From positions 1 through 64,000 of the forward strand of contig CAWCIZ010000002.1 in the NCBI GenBank assembly GCA_963795855.1: a DNA stretch of 64,000 nt. Direction: 5' to 3'. Made by a program: the position numbers and the translations under genes. This DNA comes from Vulcanimicrobiota bacterium. GTDB taxonomy: Bacteria > Vulcanimicrobiota > Vulcanimicrobiia > Vulcanimicrobiales > Vulcanimicrobiaceae. This document shows positions 33,048 through 42,910 of this stretch, in pieces; position 1 is the stretch's first letter; each line of letters starts with the position of its first letter. The notes under the pieces were generated by a model. That model was not told the origin of the DNA. It made no database searches and saw nothing but the letters and a program-made list of their open reading frames with translations.

Positions 33048-33844
33048 GCCAGCACGAACCGTTCGACGGCTTCGGCGACGCCGTCGTTCTCGACGTCCCC
33101 GACGACCGCGTCGGCCACTTCGCGCAGCTCACGCGGTGCCGAGCCCATCGCGACGCCGAAGCCGGCCGCCTGTAAAAGCGGCGCGTCGTTCCAGGAGTCG
33201 CCGATTGCGAGCACCTCGTTCATCGGAACGCCCAACTGCCGCGCCACGATCTCGAGCGACTTTCCTTTGTTCACCTTGGAGTTCATCACTTCGATGAACC
33301 ACGGAATACTCCGCGTGACGTACGCGCGATCTTTGCAGAGTTCGCGTATTCTCGGCAATTGCTCGACGACGCGCTGCGGTTCGGCGATGATGCACGCCTT
33401 CGTGGCGTCCCAGGTTTCGAACGTGCGGGCGAGCGAGGGAACGACGATGGGTTCGACCCCTGAGATTTTTGCATACAAGTCGGAGTACCGGTTACGCTCC
33501 TCGCAGTAGTAGCGGTCGTTCGCATAGAGCTGAACGTGCAACCCGTTTTCGCGCGCGTAGCATTCCAACTCGAGCGCCTCGGCGTTCGGAAGCGGGACGT
33601 CCTGCAGCACGTCGTCGGTTTGCGGATCGATAACCGCGGCGCCCTGATAGCACACGACCGGCGCGGTGAATTGCAACTGCCGCACGAACGGCAACGCGGC
33701 GCGGTACATGCGGCCCGTCACGATGCAGCCTTGAACGCCGCGCTCGCGCATGCGCTCGATGGCGGACAGCACGCGCGGCCGAAGGAGCAGCTCTTCGCCG
33801 AGCAGCGTCCCATCCAGGTCGAATGCGACGAGCCTATACGGCAT
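33044..33844 (-). CDS. Cof-type HAD-IIB hydrolase
   Basis: DLDGTLL, VTGR, NKG, AIGDSWND. Confidence 0.93.
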   Translation of the reverse strand: MPYRLVAFDLDGTLLGEELLLRPRVLSAIERMRERGVQGCIVTGRMYRAALPFVRQLQFTAPVVCYQGAAVIDPQTDDVLQDVPLPNAEALELECYARENGLHVQLYANDRYYCEERNRYSDLYAKISGVEPIVVPSLARTFETWDATKACIIAEPQRVVEQLPRIRELCKDRAYVTRSIPWFIEVMNSKVNKGKSLEIVARQLGVPMNEVLAIGDSWNDAPLLQAAGFGVAMGSAPRELREVADAVVGDVENDGVAEAVERFVLA

Positions 33845-35129
33845 TTCGACGAATGGCGGCGCTCCGCGCATGCTGGGGCAAGCCTTCGAATTCCGCGAGT
33901 GCGGAGAGGATCGCCGCATCGGCGGTCATGCGCGCCTCGCTGTTTTCGACGACGCTGAAACTGCGCACGAAGTCGTGCGTGCTCAGCCCGGACGAAAATC
34001 GGGCAGCGCCCGACGTCGGCAGCACGTGGTTCGTCCCGGCAATATAGTCGCCGCTTGCGACCGGCGTGTTGGCTCCAATGAAAACTGCTCCCGCGCGCCG
34101 GATGTGCGGAAGGTACGTTTGCGGATCCTGAACTTGCAGCGAAAGGTGCTCCGGGCAAAATCGCTCCACCGCTTGATACACGTGTTTGCGTTTTCGCGCG
34201 TGCACCAAGTACGCGTTTCGTTCGAACACGGCCGCTATGATCTCACCGCGCGGTAGCGCGGCTGCGTCGATTGTTTCCAGCGCCCGAGCGCAGCCTTCGA
34301 GCACCTCGTACGATTCCGAAACGACTGCGACTCTGGCCAGCGGATCGTGCTCGGCTTGCGCGAGCATTTCCGCGACGACGAAATCCACATTCGCCGTTTC
34401 GTCGGCGACCACGAGCACCTCCGACGGTCCCGCAAGCCCGTCTATGGCGCAAGCTCCGAACACTTGACGTTTCGCCTCGGTCACCCACACGTTGCCGGGA
34501 CCGACGATTTTGTCGACGCGGGTGATGGACTCGGTTCCGAACGCCGCCGCGGCGACGGCTTGCGCCCCGCCCACCGCATACAACTCGTCGACGTCGCAGA
34601 GCCAGCATGCGAAGATAACTGCCGGAGCGATTTTGCCGTCTCGCTGCGGCGGCGTAAGCACGATCGTGCGCGACACGCCGGCGATCTTCGCCGGGACGAC
34701 GTTCATGATCACCGACGACGGCAACGCCGCCGTTCCGCCGGGAACGTACGCCGCTACGGAATTCAACGGCCGATACCGCAACGCATACTGCGTGCCGTCC
34801 TCGTCGACGTATTCCACGTCGTCGCGCAACTGCCGGCGATGAAACGCCTCGACGCGTTCGCGCGCAAGCGCCAAGCCTTCGACGATTTCGTGCGGGACCA
34901 GGCCGCGCGCATGCTCGTACATTGGGATGGGCACCCGCAGCTTGCTGATGTCGTACGCAGGGTCGTCGAAGCGGCGCGTGTATTCCACGAGCGCCGCATC
35001 GCCGCGCTTTCGGACTGCCGCAACAATCTCCGCGACGCCGGACGTCACCTGAGCGGGCGGTTCCCAACCGCCTCGGTACAATCCGGCGAGTGCGCGGCGA
35101 TCGGATGCTTCGACGATCGAGAGCTTCAC
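33834..35129 (-). CDS. hisD: Histidinol dehydrogenase
   Basis: YVPGG, GGAQA, KIVGPGN, AGPSE, QAEHD, GDYIAGTNHVLPT. Confidence 0.96.
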   Translation of the reverse strand: MKLSIVEASDRRALAGLYRGGWEPPAQVTSGVAEIVAAVRKRGDAALVEYTRRFDDPAYDISKLRVPIPMYEHARGLVPHEIVEGLALARERVEAFHRRQLRDDVEYVDEDGTQYALRYRPLNSVAAYVPGGTAALPSSVIMNVVPAKIAGVSRTIVLTPPQRDGKIAPAVIFACWLCDVDELYAVGGAQAVAAAAFGTESITRVDKIVGPGNVWVTEAKRQVFGACAIDGLAGPSEVLVVADETANVDFVVAEMLAQAEHDPLARVAVVSESYEVLEGCARALETIDAAALPRGEIIAAVFERNAYLVHARKRKHVYQAVERFCPEHLSLQVQDPQTYLPHIRRAGAVFIGANTPVASGDYIAGTNHVLPTSGAARFSSGLSTHDFVRSFSVVENSEARMTADAAILSALAEFEGLPQHARSAAIRRNAV

Positions 35130-35761
35130 GCGCCGTTCGTTCCCATGCGGTCGATCAAGTCGCGCAGTTGCGCGTACTTGGCTCGAAATCGTACCGGATT
35201 GACGACCAAACGCGCGCTCGAGGGCGCGATGTCGTCGACGACGACCATGTCGTGCTCGCGCAGCGTCTTTCCCGTTGCGACGAGATCGACGATAACGTCC
35301 GAAAGCCCGACCAGCGGGCTGAGCTCGACCGATCCGTGCAGAGCGATGATCTCGCAGGGCAGATCGCGCTCCGCGAAATAGGCCTGCGCCGAGCGTTTGA
35401 ACTTTGTAGCCACACGCAAAAACGTCGGATACCGCGCGCCGGCGTGATAGTTGTCGATGCGTCGAGCGGCTACGACGAGACGGCACGCGCCATATTCCAA
35501 ATCCGCGACCTCGCTCACCGATCGATCCGTCTCCCAAAGCACGTCTTTGCCGACGATGCCGCAGTCCGCCGCGCCGAACTCCACGTAGGCCGGGACGTCG
35601 GTCGGACGCAGCAGGAGCAGTTCGGCTTTTCCGTCGTTGCTGGTAAGGGTGAGACGCCGTCCGCTGCGCGCGGGAACGTCGATTCCCGCCGCCCGAAGTC
35701 TGGCCGCCGTCTCCTCATACAGCGCGCCTTTGGGCACGGCGATGACGAGCCGCTCACTCAT
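35126..35761 (-). CDS. hisG: ATP phosphoribosyltransferase, short form
   Basis: AVPKG, ATKF, GSVE, DLVATGKTL; about 211 aa. Confidence 0.95.
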   Translation of the reverse strand: MSERLVIAVPKGALYEETAARLRAAGIDVPARSGRRLTLTSNDGKAELLLLRPTDVPAYVEFGAADCGIVGKDVLWETDRSVSEVADLEYGACRLVVAARRIDNYHAGARYPTFLRVATKFKRSAQAYFAERDLPCEIIALHGSVELSPLVGLSDVIVDLVATGKTLREHDMVVVDDIAPSSARLVVNPVRFRAKYAQLRDLIDRMGTNGA

Positions 35762-36908
35762 CCGCATCCTCGTCGACGGCGACTTCTTCGACGCCGGCTT
35801 CACCGGCGATGATGACCCGCGGTATGCGTTTGTGCCGCGCGTAGGCGAGCAACTCGTCGCGGTCGCAATTGCGCACGTCGGCGCGCACGCGCAGGCCGTT
35901 TCTGCGCTCGCGCGCCGCGATCTCGTCGGACCCGCTCACCAGCACGTCGACTTCATTGCGCGGGCGTTCGTCCTCACGCCTTCGCTCGAGTGCGAGCAGA
36001 ATACGCTCCACGCCGACCATCCAGCCGACGGCGGGCACGTCGTAGCCGAAACGCGGCAGCAGCGAATCGTAACGCCCTCCGCCGCAGAGCGAGAAACCCA
36101 GATCCGTGATGTATCCCTCGAACACGAATCCGGTGTAATACTCCAAATCGCGCAGCAGCGCGAAATCGACGTTGATGCGGTCCCCGTAGCCCAGCGCCGA
36201 TGCGCGTTTTAGGATGCAATCCAGGCGCCGCAACGCGGCGATCGATTCGGGAGTTTTGCACATGGAGCGCATCGCGTCCAGCATCTCGCCGCGGCCGCGC
36301 GTCATCGTCAAACGGCGAATGGTATCGTCTTCGATCGCTACGACGTTCCGGTCGGCGATCAGTTTCTTGTAGCGGCGCAGTTCGTCGCCTTCGTGTCCCG
36401 AACACTGTAAAATGCCGTCGACGATGGCGGCGTCGTTGACGTCGAAGCGCGCATCGGTGAGCCCGACGGCGTCGAGCGTTTCGATGGCCATGAAGAGCAC
36501 TTCTGCTTCGGCGTCGACGCCGGGTCCGCCGATGAGTTCCGCGCCGGCTTGCGTGAACTCTCGCATGCGCCCGAGTTGCGGCTCTTCATAGCGGTAGCCG
36601 GTCGCGATGTACGAGAGACGCAGCGGCAGCGTCGCATTGCGCAGACGCGCGGAAACGACGCGCGCTATCGGCGTGGTCATTTCCGTGCGAAGCGCGAGTT
36701 GCGAACCGAGGGGATCCGTGAAACGAAACGTCTGCTGCATCAGCTTCTCGCCCAGTCCGCGTTCGAGCGACTCGTAACTCTCGAACGTCGGCGTGAGCAT
36801 CTCCGCATACGACCACGTGCGAAACACGCGGCGAATGCTTTCTTCGATCTCGCGTTTGTACGCGAACTCTTGCGGGAGCCAATCTCGCACGCCCGCAGGC
36901 AGCCTCAA
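35754..36908 (-). CDS. hisZ: ATP phosphoribosyltransferase regulatory subunit
   Basis: LPAGVRD, LRTEMTTPIAR, REFTQAGAEL, YYTG, GGGRYD; adjacent to short hisG. Confidence 0.93.
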   Translation of the reverse strand: MRLPAGVRDWLPQEFAYKREIEESIRRVFRTWSYAEMLTPTFESYESLERGLGEKLMQQTFRFTDPLGSQLALRTEMTTPIARVVSARLRNATLPLRLSYIATGYRYEEPQLGRMREFTQAGAELIGGPGVDAEAEVLFMAIETLDAVGLTDARFDVNDAAIVDGILQCSGHEGDELRRYKKLIADRNVVAIEDDTIRRLTMTRGRGEMLDAMRSMCKTPESIAALRRLDCILKRASALGYGDRINVDFALLRDLEYYTGFVFEGYITDLGFSLCGGGRYDSLLPRFGYDVPAVGWMVGVERILLALERRREDERPRNEVDVLVSGSDEIAARERRNGLRVRADVRNCDRDELLAYARHKRIPRVIIAGEAGVEEVAVDEDADE

Positions 36909-39900
36909 TCCGGAAATCCCTCCGAGACGTTGTCCGAGCCGAACACGCGAACCAGTTCGGAGCGCACGCGCCGATCCGGCGCAATCCCGCGAGATAAACG
37001 CTGCGTACGCCGGCCGATGCGCGCCATGACGGGTACCGTGCCCGGCCATTCGTCCAGGATCGCCGCAAGCCGATCAACCTGCTCGCGGTTGGAGACGACG
37101 ACATGCCACCCCGCCGGCGCGGCGGTATATGCCGGACGTTCGAACGGCAGCACTTCGTTTGCGCTTACGGAAAGGTCGACGGGCGGGTCTTCACCCGTCG
37201 CCCCCCGCCGCTCGCGCATGCGCAGCCGGCCTTTCACGATCAGAATGCGATCTTGCTCGAAGAGCGCGCTGACTTGCGGATAGAGCTTGGCGAACACGAC
37301 GACTTCCACGGCGCCGCTCGTGTCCTCGAGCTGTGCGATCAGGATCTGCTGGCCCGCCTTGGTGAGGGTGCGTCGAACGGAAATAACCATTCCCGCGACG
37401 ACGACGAAACTGTCATCCTCTCGGCCGCGCAAGTCTTTCACGGCGATCGCGCCCGTCCGCGCCAAAGCATCTGCGACGTCCGCCAAGGGGTGGCCGGAAA
37501 CGAAAATACCGAGTGTTTCCTTTTCCCACTGCAGCGTTTGCATGGTATTCGGCGGCGGAACGAGCGGAAGCGTTGGGCTCAGTGCCGCGGCCACGGCAGG
37601 CGCGTCGCCGAAGAGCGAGACCTGCCCGAGTTCCGCGTCTCGCGATTCGGCGGCCGCGATGTCGAGCGCCGTGTCGAGCGCGGCGATCTTTTGCGCGCGG
37701 TTGCCGGGCAGACAATCGAGTGCGCCGCATTTGATGAGCGCTTCGAATACGCGGCGGTTCACCTGCTTGTCGTCCACGCGCTTGGCGAGATCGAACAAAT
37801 CCTCGAAAGGACCGCCGGTCTCCCGCGCCTCGAGAATGATTTGCACCGCACCCTCGCCTATGCCCTTGACCGCGGAAAGGCCGAAGCGAATCTTGTCCCC
37901 GACGACCGCGAAATCGGTCCGCGACTGATTCACGTCGGGCGGCAGCACGGAAATGCCCAGCTTCTTCGCCTCGTCGATGTACTCGACGAGTTTATCGGTC
38001 TTGTCTTTCACGGACGACATCAGCGCGCTAAAGTACGGCAACGGATGGTTCGCCTTGAGATACGCGGTTTGGTACGCAACCCACCCGTATGCGGCGGCAT
38101 GGGACTTATTGAATCCGTAACCGGCGAACGGCTCGATGAACTCGAAGATCTTTTGGGCGAGGTCTTCGTCGATGTCCGAATGCTCTTTGCAGCCGTCGAT
38201 GAATTTTTGGCGGTAGACGGGAATTTTTTCCTTTTGCTTCTTGCCCATGACCTTGCGCAGTTCGTCCGCTTCTCCCATGGTGAACCCGGCAAGATCGCGC
38301 GCCATTCGCATGACGCTCTCCTGGTAACAGGCGATGCCGTAGGTTTCTCCGAGAATCGGTTCGAGCTTCGGATGCAAGTACTTGGGCTTCTGCCGCCCGT
38401 GCTTGACCGCGATGTACTCCGGAATCCACTCCATCGGGCCAGGCCGATAGAGCGCGACCAGCGCGATGATATCGTTGAAGTCGGACGGCCGCAGCTCCGT
38501 ACAAACGCGTACCATGCCGTCGGATTCGAGTTGGAAGACGCCCATCGTCTCGCCGCGGGACAGCATGTCGTAGGTGCGCCGATCGTCGTCCGAGATCTTC
38601 GCGATGTCGAAACTCGGATCGGTCGTGCGCCGGATCTCGTCGACCGCGTTCTTCATGACCGTCAGGTTGCGCAGCCCAAGGAAGTCCATCTTGAGCAAAC
38701 CGATCTTTTCGGCCCACACCATGTCGTACTGCGTATTCACGCCGGTGTCGCTCGTTGCGAGAGGAGCGTACTCGACCAGCGGGCCCGGCGAAATGACCAC
38801 GCCCGCCGCATGCGTGCCGGCGTTGCGCGCAAGCCCTTCGATCGCTTTTGCGGTGTCGAGCAGCCGGCGGATTTCCGGGGACATCGCGTACAAACTCTTG
38901 AGTTCCGGGATTTGCTCGATCGCTTGCGCTATCGACATCCCCCCGGGGCCGGAGGGGATCATCTTGGCGACACGGTCGACGTCGGGCAGCGGTACCGCCA
39001 AGGCGCGTCCCGCGTCGCGAACGGCCGCGCGCGCAGCCATCGTACCGAACGTGACGATCTGCGCGACGCGGTCCTCACCGTATTTTTCGGTGACGTATTT
39101 GATGACGTCGTCTCGGCGCTCGACGCAGAAGTCCGTGTCGATATCCGGCATCGAAATGCGATCGGGGTTCAAAAACCGCTCGAAAATCAAGTTGTACTTG
39201 AGCGGATCGAGATCCGTAATCTTCAAGCAGTACGCTACCACGGAACCTACTGCGGAACCGCGCCCCGGCCCGACCGGTATATCGTGATCCTTCGCATACT
39301 TGATGAAGTCCCAGACAATCAGGAAGTACGAGGCGAAGCCCATCTTCAAGATGACGTCCAGCTCGTATTCGAACCGCTCGCGCAGCGCGGCGTCGCCGGC
39401 GGCGCGCTCCTCGCCGTAGCGATCTCTCAGGCCCTGCTCGCATATCGCGCGCAAGTATTCTTCAGGGCTGGTCTCGCCGCCGCGATCTTCTTGCGGCACC
39501 GGAAACGCCGGCAGATGGTAGATCTTCTCGGGAATGCGAATGTCGACTCGCTTGGCAATTTCCAAGGTATTGTCGCACGCTTCCGGCAGATCGGCCCACA
39601 GCTCGCGCATTTCGGCATCGCTCTTGACGTAGAATTGATCCGAATAAAATTTCATCCGGCTCGTATCCGAGACCGTCTTGCCCGTGCCGATACACAGCAG
39701 CACGTCGTGCGCCGGCGCATCGTTCTGCTTGAGGTAGTGCGAGTCGTTCGTAGCAACCAGCGGAACGTTCAGGTCCCGGGCGACGCGCACGAGCCCCTGA
39801 TTGATGACCTCCTCTTCGGGCATCCCGTGACGCATGACTTCGATGTAAAAGCGGTCGCCGAAAATGTCCACGAACGTCTGGGCGGCGGCCTTCGACTTCT

Positions 39901-40348
39901 CGTATTCGTTTTTCAGCAGCGGCGCAGCGACCATGCCGGACATGCACCCGGAAAGGACGATGAGCCCGCGGTTGTGCTTTTCGAGCAGATCCAGGTCGAT
40001 GCGCGGCTTGTAATAATAGCCCTCGAGGAAGCCCTTGGAGATCAGCGCGGTTAAGTTTCTGTAACCCTCGACGTCGGCCGCCAACAGCGTAACGTGCGCT
40101 TCTTCGCGCACGCTCCGGTCGAAACGCCCGCGCGGAGCGATGTAGGCCTCGCAGCCGATGATCGGGGTGAGTTTGAAATCGCGCGCGGTGTAGTAAAACT
40201 CCATGGCGCCGTACATCACGCCGTGGTCGGTCAGGGCGACCGCCGGGCTGCCGTCGCCCGCGGAGCGTTCGCAGAGCGATTCTACGCGGCAAGCTCCGTC
40301 CAGGAGCGAGTACTCACTATGGACATGAAGATGAACGAACTGGCTCAC
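36905..40348 (-). CDS. dnaE: DNA polymerase III alpha subunit
   Basis: FVHLHVHSEYSLLDG PHP, GRGSAVGS, MPDIDTDF, LKMDFLGL, YGFNKSH. Confidence 0.98.
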   Translation of the reverse strand: MSQFVHLHVHSEYSLLDGACRVESLCERSAGDGSPAVALTDHGVMYGAMEFYYTARDFKLTPIIGCEAYIAPRGRFDRSVREEAHVTLLAADVEGYRNLTALISKGFLEGYYYKPRIDLDLLEKHNRGLIVLSGCMSGMVAAPLLKNEYEKSKAAAQTFVDIFGDRFYIEVMRHGMPEEEVINQGLVRVARDLNVPLVATNDSHYLKQNDAPAHDVLLCIGTGKTVSDTSRMKFYSDQFYVKSDAEMRELWADLPEACDNTLEIAKRVDIRIPEKIYHLPAFPVPQEDRGGETSPEEYLRAICEQGLRDRYGEERAAGDAALRERFEYELDVILKMGFASYFLIVWDFIKYAKDHDIPVGPGRGSAVGSVVAYCLKITDLDPLKYNLIFERFLNPDRISMPDIDTDFCVERRDDVIKYVTEKYGEDRVAQIVTFGTMAARAAVRDAGRALAVPLPDVDRVAKMIPSGPGGMSIAQAIEQIPELKSLYAMSPEIRRLLDTAKAIEGLARNAGTHAAGVVISPGPLVEYAPLATSDTGVNTQYDMVWAEKIGLLKMDFLGLRNLTVMKNAVDEIRRTTDPSFDIAKISDDDRRTYDMLSRGETMGVFQLESDGMVRVCTELRPSDFNDIIALVALYRPGPMEWIPEYIAVKHGRQKPKYLHPKLEPILGETYGIACYQESVMRMARDLAGFTMGEADELRKVMGKKQKEKIPVYRQKFIDGCKEHSDIDEDLAQKIFEFIEPFAGYGFNKSHAAAYGWVAYQTAYLKANHPLPYFSALMSSVKDKTDKLVEYIDEAKKLGISVLPPDVNQSRTDFAVVGDKIRFGLSAVKGIGEGAVQIILEARETGGPFEDLFDLAKRVDDKQVNRRVFEALIKCGALDCLPGNRAQKIAALDTALDIAAAESRDAELGQVSLFGDAPAVAAALSPTLPLVPPPNTMQTLQWEKETLGIFVSGHPLADVADALARTGAIAVKDLRGREDDSFVVVAGMVISVRRTLTKAGQQILIAQLEDTSGAVEVVVFAKLYPQVSALFEQDRILIVKGRLRMRERRGATGEDPPVDLSVSANEVLPFERPAYTAAPAGWHVVVSNREQVDRLAAILDEWPGTVPVMARIGRRTQRLSRGIAPDRRVRSELVRVFGSDNVSEGFPD

Positions 40349-40420
40349 CGGACGGCTGTGGATCCTCTGCTGCTTCGAGTAATGCTAAAGAAACGAACGA
40401 CCTAAGACGTTACAGTAATC

Positions 40421-41584
40421 GTGGGCCCTAACCTGTCCGCGGCAGGCGCCCAGCCTGTCCCAGACGCCCCGGAAACGGCCGAACTCCTCGCGGAGATCGA
40501 GCGCCTGCGCTCGCGCATTGTCATGCTCGAAGCGGAACGGGACGAGTTGGCGCAACAGAACGCCGAGCTCTTCGTACTGCAGCAAGTCTTCTCCACGATA
40601 AATTCCACGCTGGACATCAACGACATTCTCTCGATGGTCCTGCGCGGGGTTACCGAGGCGCTGAAATTCAATCGCGTCATCCTGTTCGAGATCGACGAGC
40701 ACGGTGACGTCGTCCGTCGTCTGGAAGGAGACGCAACCGGCGCGGTGCTGCACGCCGCCGATGCGTACGACTACTTGCCGAACTCGACGCTGCAAGACGT
40801 GGCGCGCGGCGTGCTGCAAGTAGCATTCGGGCACGAATCGGATCCCGATCGCCCGCTTTCGGACACACAGGGATCGTACTGCATCGCCCCACTGGTCGCG
40901 CGGGACGTCGTGCGTGGAATGCTGTACGTCGATCGCTCGCCCAGCGATACGATCACGGAGCAGCAACTGCGCGTGCTGCTCGACTTCGCTGCGCAAGCGG
41001 CAATCGCCGTCGAAAACGCGCGGCTGTACGAAGAGACGCGCCGGCTATTGGAAGAAACGCAGCGTTTGGCACTGACGGACACGCTTACGGGCATCCCGAA
41101 CCGCCGGGCGCTCGACGAGATGCTGGACCGCGAATTGCACACGTCCGATCGGTACGACACGCCCTTTGCCTTCATGATCTTGGATCTCGACGACCTCAAG
41201 AAAATCAACGACTCCGGCGGACACAGCTTGGGAGATTTGGCGCTCAAGCGTTTTGCCAACGTGTTGCGCAGGACGGCGCGTAAGGGCGACATCGTGGCGC
41301 GCTATGCCGGCGACGAATTCGTCGTCGTCATGACGAAGACCGATCGCGACGCGGCGCAGCGCGGCGTCGAACGCGTGCAGGCCGCACTCCGGCGTAACGG
41401 GCTGCAGAGCTCCATCGGCGTTTCGATGTTTCCCCTCGACGGGACTGAAGGCCAGACCCTATTCTTTGCCGCCGACGAAGCGCTGTATCACGCCAAACAA
41501 GGCGGCAAGGACACGTACCGGTTCTTCGACCGCAAAGCCAGCCTGGCCGCGGCCTCGGCGAAAGCGGCTGCGCAAGCGGATTAG
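40421..41584 (+). CDS. GAF-GGDEF diguanylate cyclase (AGDEF variant)
   Basis: GAF; TDTLTGIPNRR, KKINDSGGH..GD, I-site RKGD, RYAGDEF, ADEALY.AK. Confidence 0.92.
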   Translation: MGPNLSAAGAQPVPDAPETAELLAEIERLRSRIVMLEAERDELAQQNAELFVLQQVFSTINSTLDINDILSMVLRGVTEALKFNRVILFEIDEHGDVVRRLEGDATGAVLHAADAYDYLPNSTLQDVARGVLQVAFGHESDPDRPLSDTQGSYCIAPLVARDVVRGMLYVDRSPSDTITEQQLRVLLDFAAQAAIAVENARLYEETRRLLEETQRLALTDTLTGIPNRRALDEMLDRELHTSDRYDTPFAFMILDLDDLKKINDSGGHSLGDLALKRFANVLRRTARKGDIVARYAGDEFVVVMTKTDRDAAQRGVERVQAALRRNGLQSSIGVSMFPLDGTEGQTLFFAADEALYHAKQGGKDTYRFFDRKASLAAASAKAAAQAD

Positions 41585-41619
41585 CCCGTTCGGCCCTCTA
41601 CAACGAAAGCGCCCGCACG

Positions 41620-41844
41620 CTACAGTAATAATCGGCGCCAGTATGCTTCCGGCGCCTCGAGGCGTTGTATTTTATGCATCGGACTGCGGCTACTCGTATC
41701 AAGCGGCTGGCGAACGCATTGGGCGCCGTCTCCGCGCCGCTCGGACGCCTGATTGATTTTGCAGCCGACGCGGAATGCTCCGGCAACGACCGCGGCTTTA
41801 TCGAAGTGGAGGGCGTTGCCGCCCTCGTCCGTCCACACGCTCAC
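41620..41844 (-). CDS. Possible small hypothetical protein
   Basis: 74-aa ORF in an otherwise empty gap; no family recognised. Confidence 0.3.
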   Translation of the reverse strand: MSVWTDEGGNALHFDKAAVVAGAFRVGCKINQASERRGDGAQCVRQPLDTSSRSPMHKIQRLEAPEAYWRRLLL

Positions 41845-42021
41845 TCCCTGGGCAGTCCCACCTCCACCTTAGCGAGCAAGTAAGCGCCCGTAAAGTTTCT
41901 CGAAAGATCGCTTGCCGTGGGTGCAACTGCCCATGACGATGCGCTGGCCGCTTGCTAGGATATGCATGAAAACAGCGACCGTTTATACGTCGCTTCACTT
42001 GTATGTTCGCAGGAAAGAGCC

Positions 42022-42396
42022 GTGGACGATAAACGACGGGCCGTCTATACACGATTGGTGCAAGCCTCACTGCTGATCGACGAGGCTGCCAGCCAGTCAA
42101 ACCGGGCGGCTACACTTGCGGCGAACGCCAAAGATCCGATCGCCCGAATCGCCGAAGGCGTCGCGGAACTTCGCGATTTGGCCGGCTCGCTCGAAGAGAT
42201 CAGCCGGACCGCCGGTCTGCTGGACGCAAGCACGTCGGAGCGGCTCGGCACCGCTTCACGCGCGGCCGGTCGGTTGGCGTGCGCGCTGCTCAGCGAAACC
42301 ACGCGCGCGCGGGCCGGACTCGATACGATGCACACTTCCGTTCAACGCTCTTCCGAATGCACGCAGAAAGCTTCGACGCTCATCAAAGTAGCGTGA
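42022..42396 (+). CDS. Hypothetical Ala/Leu-rich coiled-coil protein (start approximate)
   Basis: AGGA RBS before GTG; heptad-like pattern. Confidence 0.55.
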   Translation: MDDKRRAVYTRLVQASLLIDEAASQSNRAATLAANAKDPIARIAEGVAELRDLAGSLEEISRTAGLLDASTSERLGTASRAAGRLACALLSETTRARAGLDTMHTSVQRSSECTQKASTLIKVA

Positions 42397-42806
42397 AGGA
42401 CGCGGCGCTCCTCACGGAGCTGCTGCACGCGCTGGTCGAAAGCAGCACCGGCAGCGATCATGCCGCGTCGAATCTTGCCGACGTTCTGCGCTGCAGCGAA
42501 ATGCTGTGCGAACAAGCCCTGACCGTCGAGCGCGTGTTCAGCGCGCTGCGCGCGCATTTCGAAGGGTTGGCGCAATTGCATACGTCGCTGTCTTCGCATC
42601 TCTCGCTCGAGCAAACCGCTCGTTTGGACGCGGCCGTCACGGAGTTGCGCGGCAAAATCGGTCTTGCCGTCGGGGCGCTGCGCCGGTGGAATTTGGGCGT
42701 GCAAAATTCCCGGGAGACGGCCCGAGCGGCGAACACTTCCATGGCCTCGGTGCGGACGGCCATGGCAGCGGCTGCGGCAGCCGCCGAGCATCTGCTCGTG
42801 CTCTAG
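42393..42806 (+). CDS. Hypothetical coiled-coil protein
   Basis: GTGA overlap with previous ORF; helical Ala/Leu-rich. Confidence 0.55.
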   Translation: MKDAALLTELLHALVESSTGSDHAASNLADVLRCSEMLCEQALTVERVFSALRAHFEGLAQLHTSLSSHLSLEQTARLDAAVTELRGKIGLAVGALRRWNLGVQNSRETARAANTSMASVRTAMAAAAAAAEHLLVL

Positions 42807-42910
42807 CCGGTGACGGCTGCGCTTGCCCCACCCTGACTAAGGTCGTGTGGGGGTACACTGAAGCAGAGTAGTATAAAAGAAGCTCGTTTTTAATACCCCG
42901 AAAGGTCCAC

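Noticed and set aside
37103..40054. 983-aa plus-strand ORF and similar long antisense ORFs (27824..28501, 42890..44317, 25004..26329)
   Set aside because: Shadow frames of dnaE, MCP, sdhA and ftsA caused by high-GC codon bias
36905..40348. Intein or split dnaE
   Set aside because: Normal length (1147 aa), with no intein motifs seen
41080..41584. Hypr-GGDEF (cGAMP synthase)
   Set aside because: The specificity residue in GHxxGD is the canonical Asp
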